A DNA stretch of 63,729 nt, the filler included, from Reclinomonas americana ATCC 50394 (lineage: Eukaryota), in the NCBI GenBank assembly GCA_048213135.1. It is 4 parts of 3 records of this genome, joined end to end, with 100 filler letters (N's around TTAATTAATTAA, not from the genome) between each part and the next. Parts side by side here need not be neighbours in the genome. Positions count along the whole stretch, not along the records: positions 47,820 to 57,777 come from PS015644.1; positions 57,878 to 63,729 come from PS015646.1; 2 more parts are not named here. One strand, given 5' to 3'. Positions 48,554-60,663 of the stretch are shown here, piece by piece. Within the stretch, counting starts at the first letter, position 1. Each line of letters opens with the position of its first letter. Made by a program: the position numbers and the translations under genes. The notes beneath the pieces were generated by a model, which had not been told where the DNA came from, did no database searches, and saw only the letters and a program-made list of their open reading frames with translations.

Positions 48554-51403
48554 TCTGCGCCTGCCCACTCGCCCCCCCACGCACACTCGCCGCCCCACCC
48601 GGCCTCACTACCTTCCCCACCTCCGACACCGCCGACGCATCATCCGCCGTCGCCACCGTCGCCGACACCTGCTGCTGCGACGAGCACGACGAGGAGCCCG
48701 TGGCCTCCCCCTCGTCACCTTGCTCCTCTGCCTCCTCACCACGAGTAATCCGTGACTTGGCTGGTGGCACACTCGCCACAGCCAGTGGCGCAGGCCGCAC
48801 CAGCACTGCCGCGCGCACCGTCTCCGGCATGAGCGGGCTCTGCTGCCTGACGGTCCGCTGCCACACCTGGCGGTTGTTGCGCAGTGAGTCACCTTGACAT
48901 ATCTCTTTCACTGCTGTGACACGAACCGCCACGGTACGATCCACTCGCTCCCGCCACCCTTCAGTCGCTGGACTGACGGTATATGTCGGCTGTGACACGA
49001 TCTGCACGAGCCAAAGAGTGAGTTTCCTTGATGCCGTGAGGCACACTTTCACAGTCGCCCACCTGCAGTGTCACTTCCGCGAGAAACACTGGCCACCACT
49101 TGCCCTTCACAGACTCCTGCACACACTCACATCAGCGAGGCAGCCACCACCACTATCACCCGCGATAGGAGAGAGAGAGAGGCACACACCTTGGCCGCAC
49201 GAGTCTCATCGGTCTCAATCAGCTGTCCGTCACGGAAGTGGAACACGTTGTCTTTCTGCGGCACGCCACAAGTCTGCAGTCGCCGCCAGTGAGACATCAG
49301 CAATCCGCGTGTTGATACTCCGCCTTGCGCATACAAACCTGGCAGCCGATGCCATTCTTGGTGTAGATCCGCACTGGTTCCATGCACAGCAAGTCCCACC
49401 CGACCTTGCGCCTCTTGGACTCGCGATAAGCTGCCACAAAGTCGGACTCCCCAATCTGCAGACACACATTTACCAAGTGAGTTGTAGCGCAGTGAAACAG
49501 TGGCACTCAGCACACACCTCTCCATCGCCATCCAGATCGTACCGTCGAACGAGATCGTCCAGCTGACTGTCAATGTGCTCCCTCTTCTGCTCGTACTCGG
49601 CGCGCAGCCACGCAGAGAACTTGGCCTTGCTCAGCTTGCCGGTCTCGTCTGTTGCATATGAGCGAGAAGGTGGTGAGCCGTATCTTCACAGTGCTTCCAT
49701 ATCCAGTCGAAGACAAGACAGGAAAGAGAAAGAGAGGGAGAGAGAGAGAGAGAGTTGGAGACCATAAAAAGCTATGTTGTGGTAACACGCTTTTTAGGCA
49801 GAAGATACTGCACGGAAGGGATCGGCTCAAGATGAACGATGATTGGAAGAAGGGTCTCGTTTGTTTAGTGAGCAACGTGAACTGCATTCAGAGACACCAT
49901 TTCCAAAAGCTCTTTTGCGTCTCTACGTAATTCTTCTTCCTCCATGGCCAGTTGATTGAGCAAAGGGAAACATCTCACTTGTCATTTTCCTTTCCAGTAT
50001 TCTCTGCCTCAACTCCAGTTTGTCTCATCAGAATGATACTCAGCATGCAAAGTCCTCTTCGCCTTATCTCTCTTCCAAGTCACCAGTCACACGAGATGCA
50101 CACACTCGCATCATGTGCAACCGGTCCACCCTCATTTCTCTCCTTGCTCCCTCCATTCTTCCTTCCCCTCCTCATCCCCTCTCACCGCACCATCATCAAA
50201 CTTCTTCATCCTCGTTCCTCTCCTTTCCCTCTTGCAACGTTTCCCTCCTTTCCTCCTTTTCCTCTTTCTCCTCTCATCGCCTCCTCCTCTCCCTCTCCTC
50301 CTCCTCCTCCTTTCCCCCCTGTCTCTCTCCTTTCCCTCCCCATCCCATCCTCATCCTCTGCACCACACCTTCATCACACTGCCCGAACTTCTCCACCCTC
50401 CTCTCCCCCTTCACCTGTCATTCCAAATCCCCTTCCTCTCTCTCTCCTTTCCTTCCCCCCCCTGTCTCTCTCCTTTCCCTCCCCATCCCCTCCTCATCCT
50501 CTGCACCACACCTACATCATACTGCCGGAACTTCTCCACCCTCCTTTCCTCCTTCACCTGTCCCTCCAAATCCCTTTCCTCTCTCTCTCCTTTCCCTTCT
50601 CCCCCCTTCCCTCCTCATTCCCACCTCATCCCCTCCTTCCCCTCCCCCACACCTTCATCATACTGCCGGAACTTCTCCACCGCCTCCCGATTCTGCACCG
50701 CGTCACTCAGCCGGTCGGGAAACAGCTGCATCACCCACAATCAGCCACCGTGCCCCCCACTCTCAAGATTCGTCATTCGTCCTCACCTCGCCCGCATCAC
50801 GCAGTCGCCTGAGCAGCCCAAACCCGTAGTGCTCGAATCCGTAGTACCGCTGATCGGGAGCTGCACCGACATTGATCCACTGGTCGGTCCGTGCCGAGGC
50901 TGCTTTGGGGTCGTCGATTGGTTGGCAGGCTTCTGCGGCCATCCACCTGATAATAGAAAAGCGGTAAGCCCCACAACGAGGAGGAAGGGAGGCACAGGCG
51001 ACAACGAGAGAACTAGGAGTGAAGCGCAGCAAGAAGAATATAGGAGTGAAGAGGATTGTGGAGAAGGATAAGTGAAGAAGACGTAAGAAGGACAAGCGGA
51101 ATAAGCCGAGAGCAACGACAATCAATATCCACACAACAACACTGCAGCAGCAGCAGCAACAACAACAACAACATCGACAAGAGAACAAACAAGAAGAAGG
51201 AGGAGGAGGATCAGAAGAATACAACATCCAAAACAACAACACCACCAAGAACAACAACAACGCCAAGAAGAACCGCAACATGGAGACGAGGGAGGAGGAG
51301 GACGTGAACAAGACCAAGGTACAGATCACAGAAAAGAGGCGAAGTAAGTCGAGAAGAAGAAGAAAGTGGAGACCAAGGAGGAGGCCAAGCAAGAATGAAT
51401 AGC

Positions 51404-51435
<32 letters not shown>

Positions 51436-54400
51436 GAACAACAACAACAACAGCAACAACAACAACAACAGCGACTGGAAGAACACAAAAAGGAGGACAA
51501 AGAAAGCGGAAGAGAAGAAAAGCAGGAGCACTGACCGCTGATGATTCTATGCATTATCTCTAGCATCTTGTATGTCCGTCTGTTATCCCCTCTCCTTCTC
51601 ATTCTTCTTTTCCTTTCTCCTCTTCTTGTTTTCTCTTCTATTCCTCTCTCTCTCTCTCCCTCTCCTCCTATTTCTTCTTCCTCCCCAGCCGCTACCCTCC
51701 TTTCAATTCACCAACTCTTCTCTCTTCCTTCCCTCCTCCCTCTCCTCCCTCTCCTCACTCTCCTCACTCTCCTCACTCTCCTCCTCCTCTCCTTCCCCAC
51801 TTACCCAATACCCTCCGCCCATATCGCCGCCGAAATATGACTACCAAATCGCCACCGCTTGCCCCCATCGCCCTCCGTGTACTCCTCAAAACTCTGGCCC
51901 CATCGCGTAATACTCGGAATGCCCGCCAGTCGCATCGCATACATCATGAATGGATTGAAGGAGCCGCACTGGCCGTACCCTGCAACGCGAAAGAGGTGAT
52001 GAGGAGGAGGGGGGAAGCTGAGGAAGAGGAGGAGGAAGAGGAGAAGAAGAAGAAGAACAAGAACGCGAACAACAACAAGAACAACAACAACAACAACAAG
52101 AACAACAACAACAACAACAACAACAAAAACAACAACAAAAACAACAACAACAACAAGAAGAAGTTAGAACAAGAACAAGAACAAGAACAAGAAAGAGAAG
52201 AAGAGGAGGAGGAGAAGGAGAACAAGAAGAAGAAGAAAAGGAAGAAATAGAACAACAACAACAACAACAAGAAGAATAAAAAAGAAGAAAAGAAGAAGAA
52301 GAGGGAGGAGGAGGTGGTGGAGGAGGAAGAGGAGGAGGAGAAGAAGAAGAAAAGGAAGACGAAGAACAAAAAAAGAAGAAGATGATGAAGAACAACAACA
52401 ACAACAACAACAAGAAGAAGAAGAAGACAGAGGAGGAGATTAAGAAGAAGGGGAGGAGGAAGAGGAGGCGGAGAAGGAGGAGGAGGAGAAGAATGGAGAG
52501 GAGAACAAGAGAGAGGAGGAGGAGACGAAGAAGGAAGGGGAGGAGGAAGAGGAGGAGGAGAAGAAGAGGGAAGAAGAAGAACTAGAACAATAAGAACAAC
52601 AACAACAACAAGAAGAAGAAGAACAAGAGGAAGAGGAGGAGAGGGAGGAAGAGGAAAGGAGAGAGAGGACGAGGAGGAGGGGGAAGAAGAGATGGAGAGA
52701 AAGAGGAGGAGGAGGAGGAAGAACATTCCCGTGACACACTTCCTGTATAACAACACGCACCAAGCACCACAGGCGCCGTCGCTCCCAACTCCGTGTACAA
52801 TTCTCGATTGGCATCCTCCTGCACCCCATCGTACACGGTCGAATTGCGCACCAGACGAATCACGCGGTACGCGTACGACACGTCACGCTCGCCAGGTCGA
52901 CGCAAGCAGTTGCGCTCCTCCAGCACCTGGGTGTAGAGAGAGAGAGAGTGAGGTCGGGTGCAGAGTAGCACGGTCGACAATCATCGTCACCTTGCGCATT
53001 CTCGGAAAGATGAAAACGTCGTCGCGCAAGTAAAACTCGCGCTCCTCGGCCGACAGCGGCGGCACATGCGGCGCCTGCTCCCCCGGCTTCAGCGGCTCCA
53101 ACCACACCTCGTTGTTCTGCACCTCCGACACGACCTTGATGCCGACAGGGTCGTCGACAAACGCCTCCAGCGCGTCAAAACCACTCATGTGTCGCACCGG
53201 CAGCTCCTCGCCCGTCGACATCCGGAATGCGCGATGGGACGACGAGTGCGACAGGTGCGAATCGTAGCCGTAGCACTGCGCATGGTGAGAGGACGGTCGT
53301 CGTCATTAAGGGAGCAGGTGGGTCACACATCTCACCAGTCGCGTCATGAGAATCTGGAACGACGAGTCGTCCAGGCCGCCGCGCGGGCCACCCGCGTCGA
53401 GGCGCTGGTGGAAAATGGTGGTGACGGAGAAGCGCTCGCCGGGGCGGTGGCGGAGGACCATTGGTTCGTTGCCCCAGTACTGCAAAAAGGGGGAGAGAAG
53501 GGAAAGGGGGGAGGAGAGTGAATAAGGAGAAGAGAAGGGAAGCATGGCACAGACTAAAGGAAAGGGAGAGAGAGAGAGAGAGAGAAAGGAAGGAGAAGAG
53601 AAGGGATATGATGGCATGAGAGAGGCAAAGAGAATGAGGAGAAGAAGGGAAGAGAAAGGATGGCAATATTTGACGAAAGAGAAAAGGCGAGAGGGGGGAC
53701 AAAAGTGAGTGGGAATAAGAAGAGAAGGGAAGAGAAGACGGAAATCAACAGAAGAAAAGAGAAAGGTGAGGAGAGAGGAAACGAGAATGGAAAACATGGC
53801 ATAAAAACTGATGGAAAAGGAGAAGGATAACCGACAGCGGGACAAGAAGTGAAGAAGGAGAAGGGAAGGGAAGAGAAGATGAATTCAACTGGTGAAAGGA
53901 GATGAAGGATGGTTCGAGAGAGAGGAAGGGAGCAGACAAGGGTAGAAAGGGAGAAGGGTGAGAGAGAGGCAAGAGTGAGGAAGGAGAAGAGAAGGCATGA
54001 AGAAATGGAAAGGGAGAAAGATGAGAGTGAAGAAAAGAGTGTGTGGAAAGAGACGATGAAATCAGGTGGACGGAGGCGGAGAGTGAGAGAGAAACGAGTT
54101 AGAATTTCAAAAGTGGGCGAGTAGTGAGTGAAGCACAAGTACTCCTCTCATAATCTTGTTTGTTTCTCCAGCACCTCACACAGAAGGAAGAAACAGAACG
54201 AACAACGACACCAAGGAAGGACGTTTTCTGTTCGTTTTCTTATCTCTGACCACTTTGATCAGAGAACAAGGAGAATGACTCACAGATGTTTTCCCAGGTA
54301 CTAATCAACGGGCAATGGAGGTAGAAAAACAGAGGTGTAAAAGGATGGAGCGCTGATAGAGAAGATGTATTAGATTCTCTTGCTCTCTCTTGCTCTCTCT

Positions 54401-56364
54401 CCATACTGAATCTCATCATCAAGTCTTCGATTGCACCAGGAGGAACGACAAAGAAAAGAAACAACCACCTCACCCTCTCGCGCCTTCGTCTCTCCCTTCC
54501 GTCTTCCCTTCTCCAATTTCTCACCCTTCGCCCTTTGCCCTTTCTCCCCCTTCCCCCTTCCCCCTCCCCCTTCCCCCACTATTTCCCCCTTTGCCTTCCC
54601 CCCCCCATCTCCCTCCCCCTTCTCCCCCTTTCCCCCCTCCCGCTCACCTCCTCCACCGGCGGCAACTGCGAGTACCACTCATACGGCTCATCCCCCTGCC
54701 ACTCGCCACCAATCTTCCCCTCCTTGTTCACATAGATGGCCCGCTGGTGAACACGCATGCACGCCTTGAGCTTGCCAGGGAGCACAAGGTGCATCTCCAA
54801 ATTCTGCACGCAAAGTGAGCTCCCTGCTGTCACCCACCCCGTTCCCACCCCCAACGCACCAACTTCGACAGCGAGTTCTTCGGGTGCAGCAGCGGCCGAA
54901 TGGCCACCACCCGGTAACCCTCGTCGCGCATCTCCGCCGACGAAAAGTGGTCGAGCTTCTCCTGCAGAATCTCGTCCGAGTAGATCTCGCGCAAAAAGTC
55001 GCGCAGCTCCGACAACGGCACCTCGAGGTGGCCGCAGTATGCGCGGGTGATGCGCTGCGCCAAGTGGTGAGGAAATGCGTGAAAAGTGAGACTCTTGCGT
55101 CACAGACGTGCCTCCATAATGTACTGCCACGATGGCACTTGCCGGAACATGTCGTCCGGCATCACACCGGGTGTCCACGTCGCCGGGTCGACTCTACGGC
55201 AAGGTGAATCTCAACAGCGGGGTCTTTCACACTTTCAACAACAGGAAGGCGCAACTGAGGCACAACCCGCTCTCCAATGTCGACCCAATCCTCCAACGCG
55301 GGATCCTCCGCCCCAAACATACCGCAAATGAGCAGCGGCTGATCCTCGTCGGCCTGCGGCTCGAACTGGTATCGCGTGTGCACCATGTGGGCGTGGAACA
55401 TGGCCTGTCGTTCGACTCGCATGACCTGGACGAGGAGGTGAGAAGGGGAAGGAGTGGAAGAGAGGGGAAGGAGGGGAAGGAGGGGAAGGAGGGAGAAGGA
55501 GGGGAAGGAGGGAGAAGGAGGNNNNNNNNNNNNNNNNNNNNNNNNNNNNNNNNNNNNNNNNNNNNNNNNNNNNNNNNNNNNNNNNNGAGAGAGAGAGAGA
55601 GACGGAAGAAGGAAGGTAAGGAGGGCACTGTCGAAGGCATACGACAGTGACAAAGTGAGATATCAAAGACTCAATCAGCAACATAGGGGAGAGAGAGAGA
55701 GAAAGAGAGAGATAGAGAGAGAGAGAGGCGGGGGCAGGTCAGGAGGGCACTGAGAGAGGAGTGACAAGATCGGAGAGACAGAGTGAGATTTCAAAGAACT
55801 CAATCAGCAACAAAGGAGAGAAAGAGAAGAGAGAGAAGAGAGAGTGTGCGTGAGAGAGAGAAGGGGGCAGGCCAGGAGGGCACTGAACGAGAGAGAGGGG
55901 GAGAGAGAGAAAGACAAAGACCGAGATATCGAAGACAACTGACCAGCACATTCTCCGCATTCTTCGCGCACACCACTGGAGTCACCCGAATGCTCTCCCA
56001 CTTCTCCGCATGCTCCGATCCATCCTTCGGCTTGAAACACTGTCACAAACATAACAATAAACAAAAAGAAGAAAAAACACTCTTCACAAGAGATATTATT
56101 ATTAATCATCGCAACATCAAAGAAACCCTGCGCCCATGACGTGTACCGCTGATACACCGCAAGCATCTGACTCACGTGGATGCCATTGAGTGCCTGCAAC
56201 ATGCGCTCAACACGCTGCACACAGACACACAGAGAGAGACTGGTGAGAAAGAGAGACATAAGAACAAGTTAGTGAGTGCTTGCCTTGACATAGCGCGTCC
56301 ACTGTGGTGTCATCAGTGAGTCGGGTATGTCGGCGCCTGTTGGGAGAGAGGCGAGAGTCGACAT
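48554..56364 (-). CDS. Transglutaminase-like + EF-hand pair + CaaX protein, paralog B
   Basis: ATG at 56364 (MSTLASLPTG). GYGQCGSF (Cys 51968-51966)..GIP..HISAAIWAEGIG|WMAAE; KFRQYDE|DETGKLSKAKF; DLDGDGE|IGESDF. Exon order is the same as in paralog A. Confidence 0.75.
50310..50690. repeat. ~143-bp tandem repeat duplicating an exon 3' end plus donor (3 copies)
   Basis: cacct(t/a)catca(t/c)actgcc(g/c)gaacttctccacc at ~50366, 50509 and 50650. Confidence 0.8.
51100..52730. repeat. (AAC)n/(AAG)n/(GAG)n microsatellite-filled introns of paralog B
   Basis: Directly visible; they flank the catalytic exon at ~51805-51979. Confidence 0.9.
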
Positions 56365-56758
56365 TGTGTGTGCGTGCGCGCGTGTGAGTGAGTGAGAAAG
56401 AAGAGTTGCAACGGTTGACTCGAAAATCAACCGTTTTGTGTCGGATTTGTCGCATTTCCGAGCATCTCGCGTGTGTGTGGTGTGAGCATGCACTGAGATG
56501 CATAGACGCTGCTTGTCACATGAGGGTCTGCTGTGATGACTGACAAGGCTCAGAGAAAAATGAAATCCGGTTTCCGAACCGGCGTCCGACGTCAAGCACC
56601 CGGTATATAGTTTTAGGAAAACACACTTGGCGATCACGTGGATGCTCATCGATCTGCTTCACGATTCACAATTGCTTCGCTTCACTCCAGATTCGAGATT
56701 ACCCTCCCCCCACGTTCCGTCGTCATTGACGAGGTCGTTGCCTAATTTCTTGCGTGCT

Positions 56759-57626
56759 TTATACAACCAGCGTCAGCGCCGAGCGGTCCTCGTTGACCAG
56801 CCACATGTTGAGCTCCTCGTACTCGTCGAGGCAGGCTTGCAGCAGCTTTTGCGAGAGGCCTTGCGCCGTGAGTTGCGGGATGATGTCGGCCAGTCTGGGA
56901 GGGGGGAGAGAAAAGGGGAGGGGTGAGTGGTGGGGGAGAAGGGAAGGGAGGGCGAGAGGGTGGGAGGAGGGGAGGGAGCACTCACCGCACAGTCCGACTG
57001 TCCTTGTCCTTGGCCTCCTGCATGATAATGTGGTAGATGCGCGAGATCGGGTCTTGCTTCCTGAAAACAGCCCCCCACGAATGAGCAATAACGCACACAC
57101 AAACAAAGATGGGGGCGCCCCGAGTCGCATCCACACTCAACTGCATGCGCCGCGTGTCATCCTCGTACAGTGACGACTTGGAGACATTGATGAGGCGTAC
57201 GGCCTCTTGCACATCGTCGGGCGCCACCAGATCCGACAGATTGAGACGAGCGCGGGCCTGTGCCAGGCGCACCATGGAGAGCAGCGAGCGTGCCGTGGTG
57301 TACGAGTGCTCCTGCTCGCGCTCGTCAGTGCGCAGCTGCAGGTACGCCGAAATGAGCGCGTCCTCGGCCTCCGGCGGCACCAGCGGCTCGAACGAGCGAG
57401 CACGCGCAATGAATGCCCTGAGCGGAGCGGCAGTGAGTGAGTGGACAGGAAACTGACGAGAGGAAGCGAGAAAAATGAAGACCTCATCGTCGCCGCGTCC
57501 ACCAGCTCGTGCATGTCGCGCCTCTCCGGCGCCACTTGCGTACGATGCACGTGCGTCACGTGCTTGGCCAGGTTGTAGTCGGCCTCCGTGTTTGGTCGGT
57601 CCACCATGAGGAAGAGGACGTCGAAA
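56759..57626 (-). CDS. MCM7: DNA replication licensing factor MCM7, 3' exons
   Basis: FDVLFLMVDRP...D..LAKHVTHVH; MRAFIARAR; YTTARSLLSMVRLAQARARL; DVQEAVRLINVSKSSL; C-terminal CLDEYEELNMWLVN..LTLVV*. Confidence 0.9.
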
Positions 57627-57715
57627 CTGGAAAAAAAAAGGGAAGGGGCGAGTGAGATCAACGAGACAGGAGAGTGAAAAGGAAAGGGGATGAAACAGAA
57701 GAGAAGGAGGCTGAG

Positions 57716-57766
<51 letters not shown>

Positions 57767-57959
57767 AGAGAGACGACNNNNNNNNNNNNNNNNNNNNNNN
57801 NNNNNNNNNNNNNNNNNNNNNTTAATTAATTAANNNNNNNNNNNNNNNNNNNNNNNNNNNNNNNNNNNNNNNNNNNNGATTGTTGTCCTCTGCACATGCA
57901 TGCACACCCATGTCAGTCTCCTTCTTCTCCTCAACCCAAAACTGGGGGGAAAACTCACG

Positions 57960-60663
57960 TTCGCAGAGGTAACTGAGCAGGCTGGTCTGGTCCGAGGCAG
58001 CGCACGACGCCGTCGCACTCGCCTTGCCCTGGAACTCTGGCGTAAAGTCGTCGACGAGGCACATGGAGAGGTTGTCGGCGCGGCCGTAGCTGGCCGACTC
58101 GATCTTCACGTGGTAGCCGTCGGGGTAGCCATTAGTCGGTGTGCAGTCGACCAGCATGGCAGAGCCTTCGCACACCGTCTTGGAGTGCAGCGGGTACTTG
58201 TCGACGCACTGATAGTCCGTGGTCACGCCCAGTGGCTGTGGGGAGGAGAAGGGCGATGTGAGTTTCTTGCTGTCACAACGACGACAGCGGGGGAGATGGC
58301 TTTGCGACTCACCAGCTGCTCACTGTTGCCATTGTCGCCGTCGTCGTCATCGTCGCCGTCGTCACCATCATCGCCGTCGTCGCTGTTGCAGGCATCGGCA
58401 AGCTGCTCCGCATAGTTCTTCCAGTTCAACACCTTGCAGGCGGCAAACACCGGACCCTGCAGCTTGCGCTTGGCCTCCTGCGCGGCCTTGACTTGCGCGT
58501 CGGCACTGGACTTGGCCTTGCTGGCGGCCACCACTGCCGCTTGCGCGTCGTCGGCCTTCTTCTGTGCGTCCTTGGCCTGCTGCTGCGCCGCGTCGGCGGC
58601 CTTTTGCTTGGCATCGGCGTCGGCCTGCTTGGCAGCCGCATCGGCCGCCTTCTTCTTGGCCTCCTCGTCGGCCTTCTTCTTGGCGTCGCCGGCCTTGGCC
58701 TTGGCGGCATCATCGGCCGCCTTCTTCGCGTCGTCAGCCGCCTTCTTCGCGTCACTGGCCGCCTTCTTGGCGTCGTCGGCAGCGTCCTTGGCGGCGGCAG
58801 CAGCCTTTGTCGCATCCGCGGCGGCCTTCTTGGCGTCAGCCGCCGCCTTGTTCAGGTCGTCGGTGGCCTTCTTGGCCGCCTCGCGTGCCTTCTTCAACTC
58901 CTCCGCGGCCTTCTTGGCGGCGGCCTCGTTCTCGGGCGACGCGTTGGCGCACTGCTCACGCAGCACATCCATGGCGTCGGCGCGGCACAACACCTCCAGA
59001 TTCAAGCACTTGCTGCGGCGGCACTCGACCACACACTTGCGCTGCGCGGCGGCCTTCTCGGCCTGGCACTTGGCGCGGCAATCGGCACCGCTCTTGCCAG
59101 CCGGGCACTCAGAGGCGCACTTCTACGAAGCGTGGGGGAAAGTGTGAGTGAAAGCGGAGAGAAAGGCGAGTGAATAGTGACGCAACTCTCTGACTGGTGG
59201 TGGCACGGCACGACTTGCGGCACGACTGGCCACACGTGCGGCAATCGGTGCGGCACTGCTTGCGAGCTGCGGCGCAGGCCTTGGGGGTCTGCGAACCGTC
59301 GGCCAAGCAGAGCGCGAACTGAGCGCGGCAGCGACGGCGGCAGGCGTGCTTGTCGAACAGCAGGCCGTGACGATCCTCGTCACCGTCCTTGTCCTTCTCC
59401 TTCTTGTCATCGTCGTCGCGGTCCTTGTCGTTGCGGTCGCCGCGCAGATTGGTGCTGCTGCTGCGGTCCGTGTCGACGAATGACTGCGACGAGAGCGGGC
59501 ACGTACCCGGCTCCACAAAGCCCACAGTGCTCTTCACCACCTGCACCGTGTGCATGGCGTCGCACTCGAGCGACAGCGGATCACTCGGGCACGTCACAAT
59601 CGAGGCACTGGTGACGCTGCTGCTCTGCACGTCGCGGAACACCAGGTCGCCCTGGTTCGCGCGGCACGCCCACGTGATGGTGAGCTTCTTGGGCAGGCCG
59701 GTGCAAGGGTCCCACCATGTGGTCGGCACCACGCAGCTCGACAGCTCGCGCGCCATGCACATCTCCACCAGGTTCAGGTACAGGTCCAGACTGTGTCGTG
59801 GGGGAGGAGGAGAAGGAGAGTGAGAAGGGAGGGGGAAGGAGAAGGGAAAGGGAGAGTGAGGGAAAGAGGACGAGGGAGAAGGGGAGAGAAGAGGGAGAAG
59901 GCAAGGATGTTGCAAGCACAGGATAAGACAAGAGGATTGAGAGGGAGCAGGGGGGAAGGCAGCACGCAGGGGAGGACGATGAGGCCAGCGAGAGAGAGGG
60001 GGGACAGGAGGAAGAGGAAGATGATGAGGAGGAGGAGAAGGAAAGGGCGGGAGAAGGAGAAGGGAGAGGAAAGAGACAGAAGGAGAAGACAAGAGGATTG
60101 AGAGAGCAGGGCGCAGGGGAAGGAGAAGAGGGCAGAGAGAGAGAGAAGGAGAAAACGAAGCAGAAGAAGAAGAGAAGGAGAAGGAAGAAGAAGAAGGAGG
60201 AGGAAGAGGAGGGAGATGGTGAGGAAGAAGAAGGAGCAGGAGAAGGAGGATGAAGAGGAAAGGGAGAGAAGGGAAAGAGATAAGAAGAAGGAGAGCGCGA
60301 GGAAGAGATGCTGGAGACAGATCCTCAGAAGGAGCGGAGATAGAGAGGGGGGTGACAGAAGCAGAGACGCAACGACGAGCACTCTCCAGCAGCCGTGGAG
60401 CCAATCTCGCGACCGCACTCGCCCTCCGCAGCCGGCCCAAACGTGGCCGCAGTGATGTGAGGATGGGCGTTGTCGGGGCACTGCAAGTTGATCCAAGGCC
60501 CGTCGGCACACGCCTGCGAGGTCGTCCATTGCACATCGGCGCGGGGTCGGAAAAACAGAGCGCGACCTGCCGCTGTTGTCGGCGGCGCATCCGAGCTGGC
60601 AACGGCCACTGACGCGAGCGCGATGATAAGCAGCACAACGGCCGCGCACGTGGCGGTCACCAT
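57960..60663 (-). CDS. Secreted protein with SUEL/galactose-rhamnose-binding lectin-like domains, a Cys-rich segment and an Ala/Lys/Asp coiled coil; 3' end lost in gap
   Basis: Signal peptide MVTATCAAVVLLIIALASVAVA; C......L.C......I..A.FG ... DPCTGLPKKLTITWAC; third domain VCEG...KIESASYGR; (KKAADDA)n at ~58470-58930. Confidence 0.7.

Noticed and set aside
57778..57877. MCM7 fused or adjacent to the lectin gene
   Set aside because: Both genes are truncated at a fixed-size linker gap, so true distance and adjacency are unknown.
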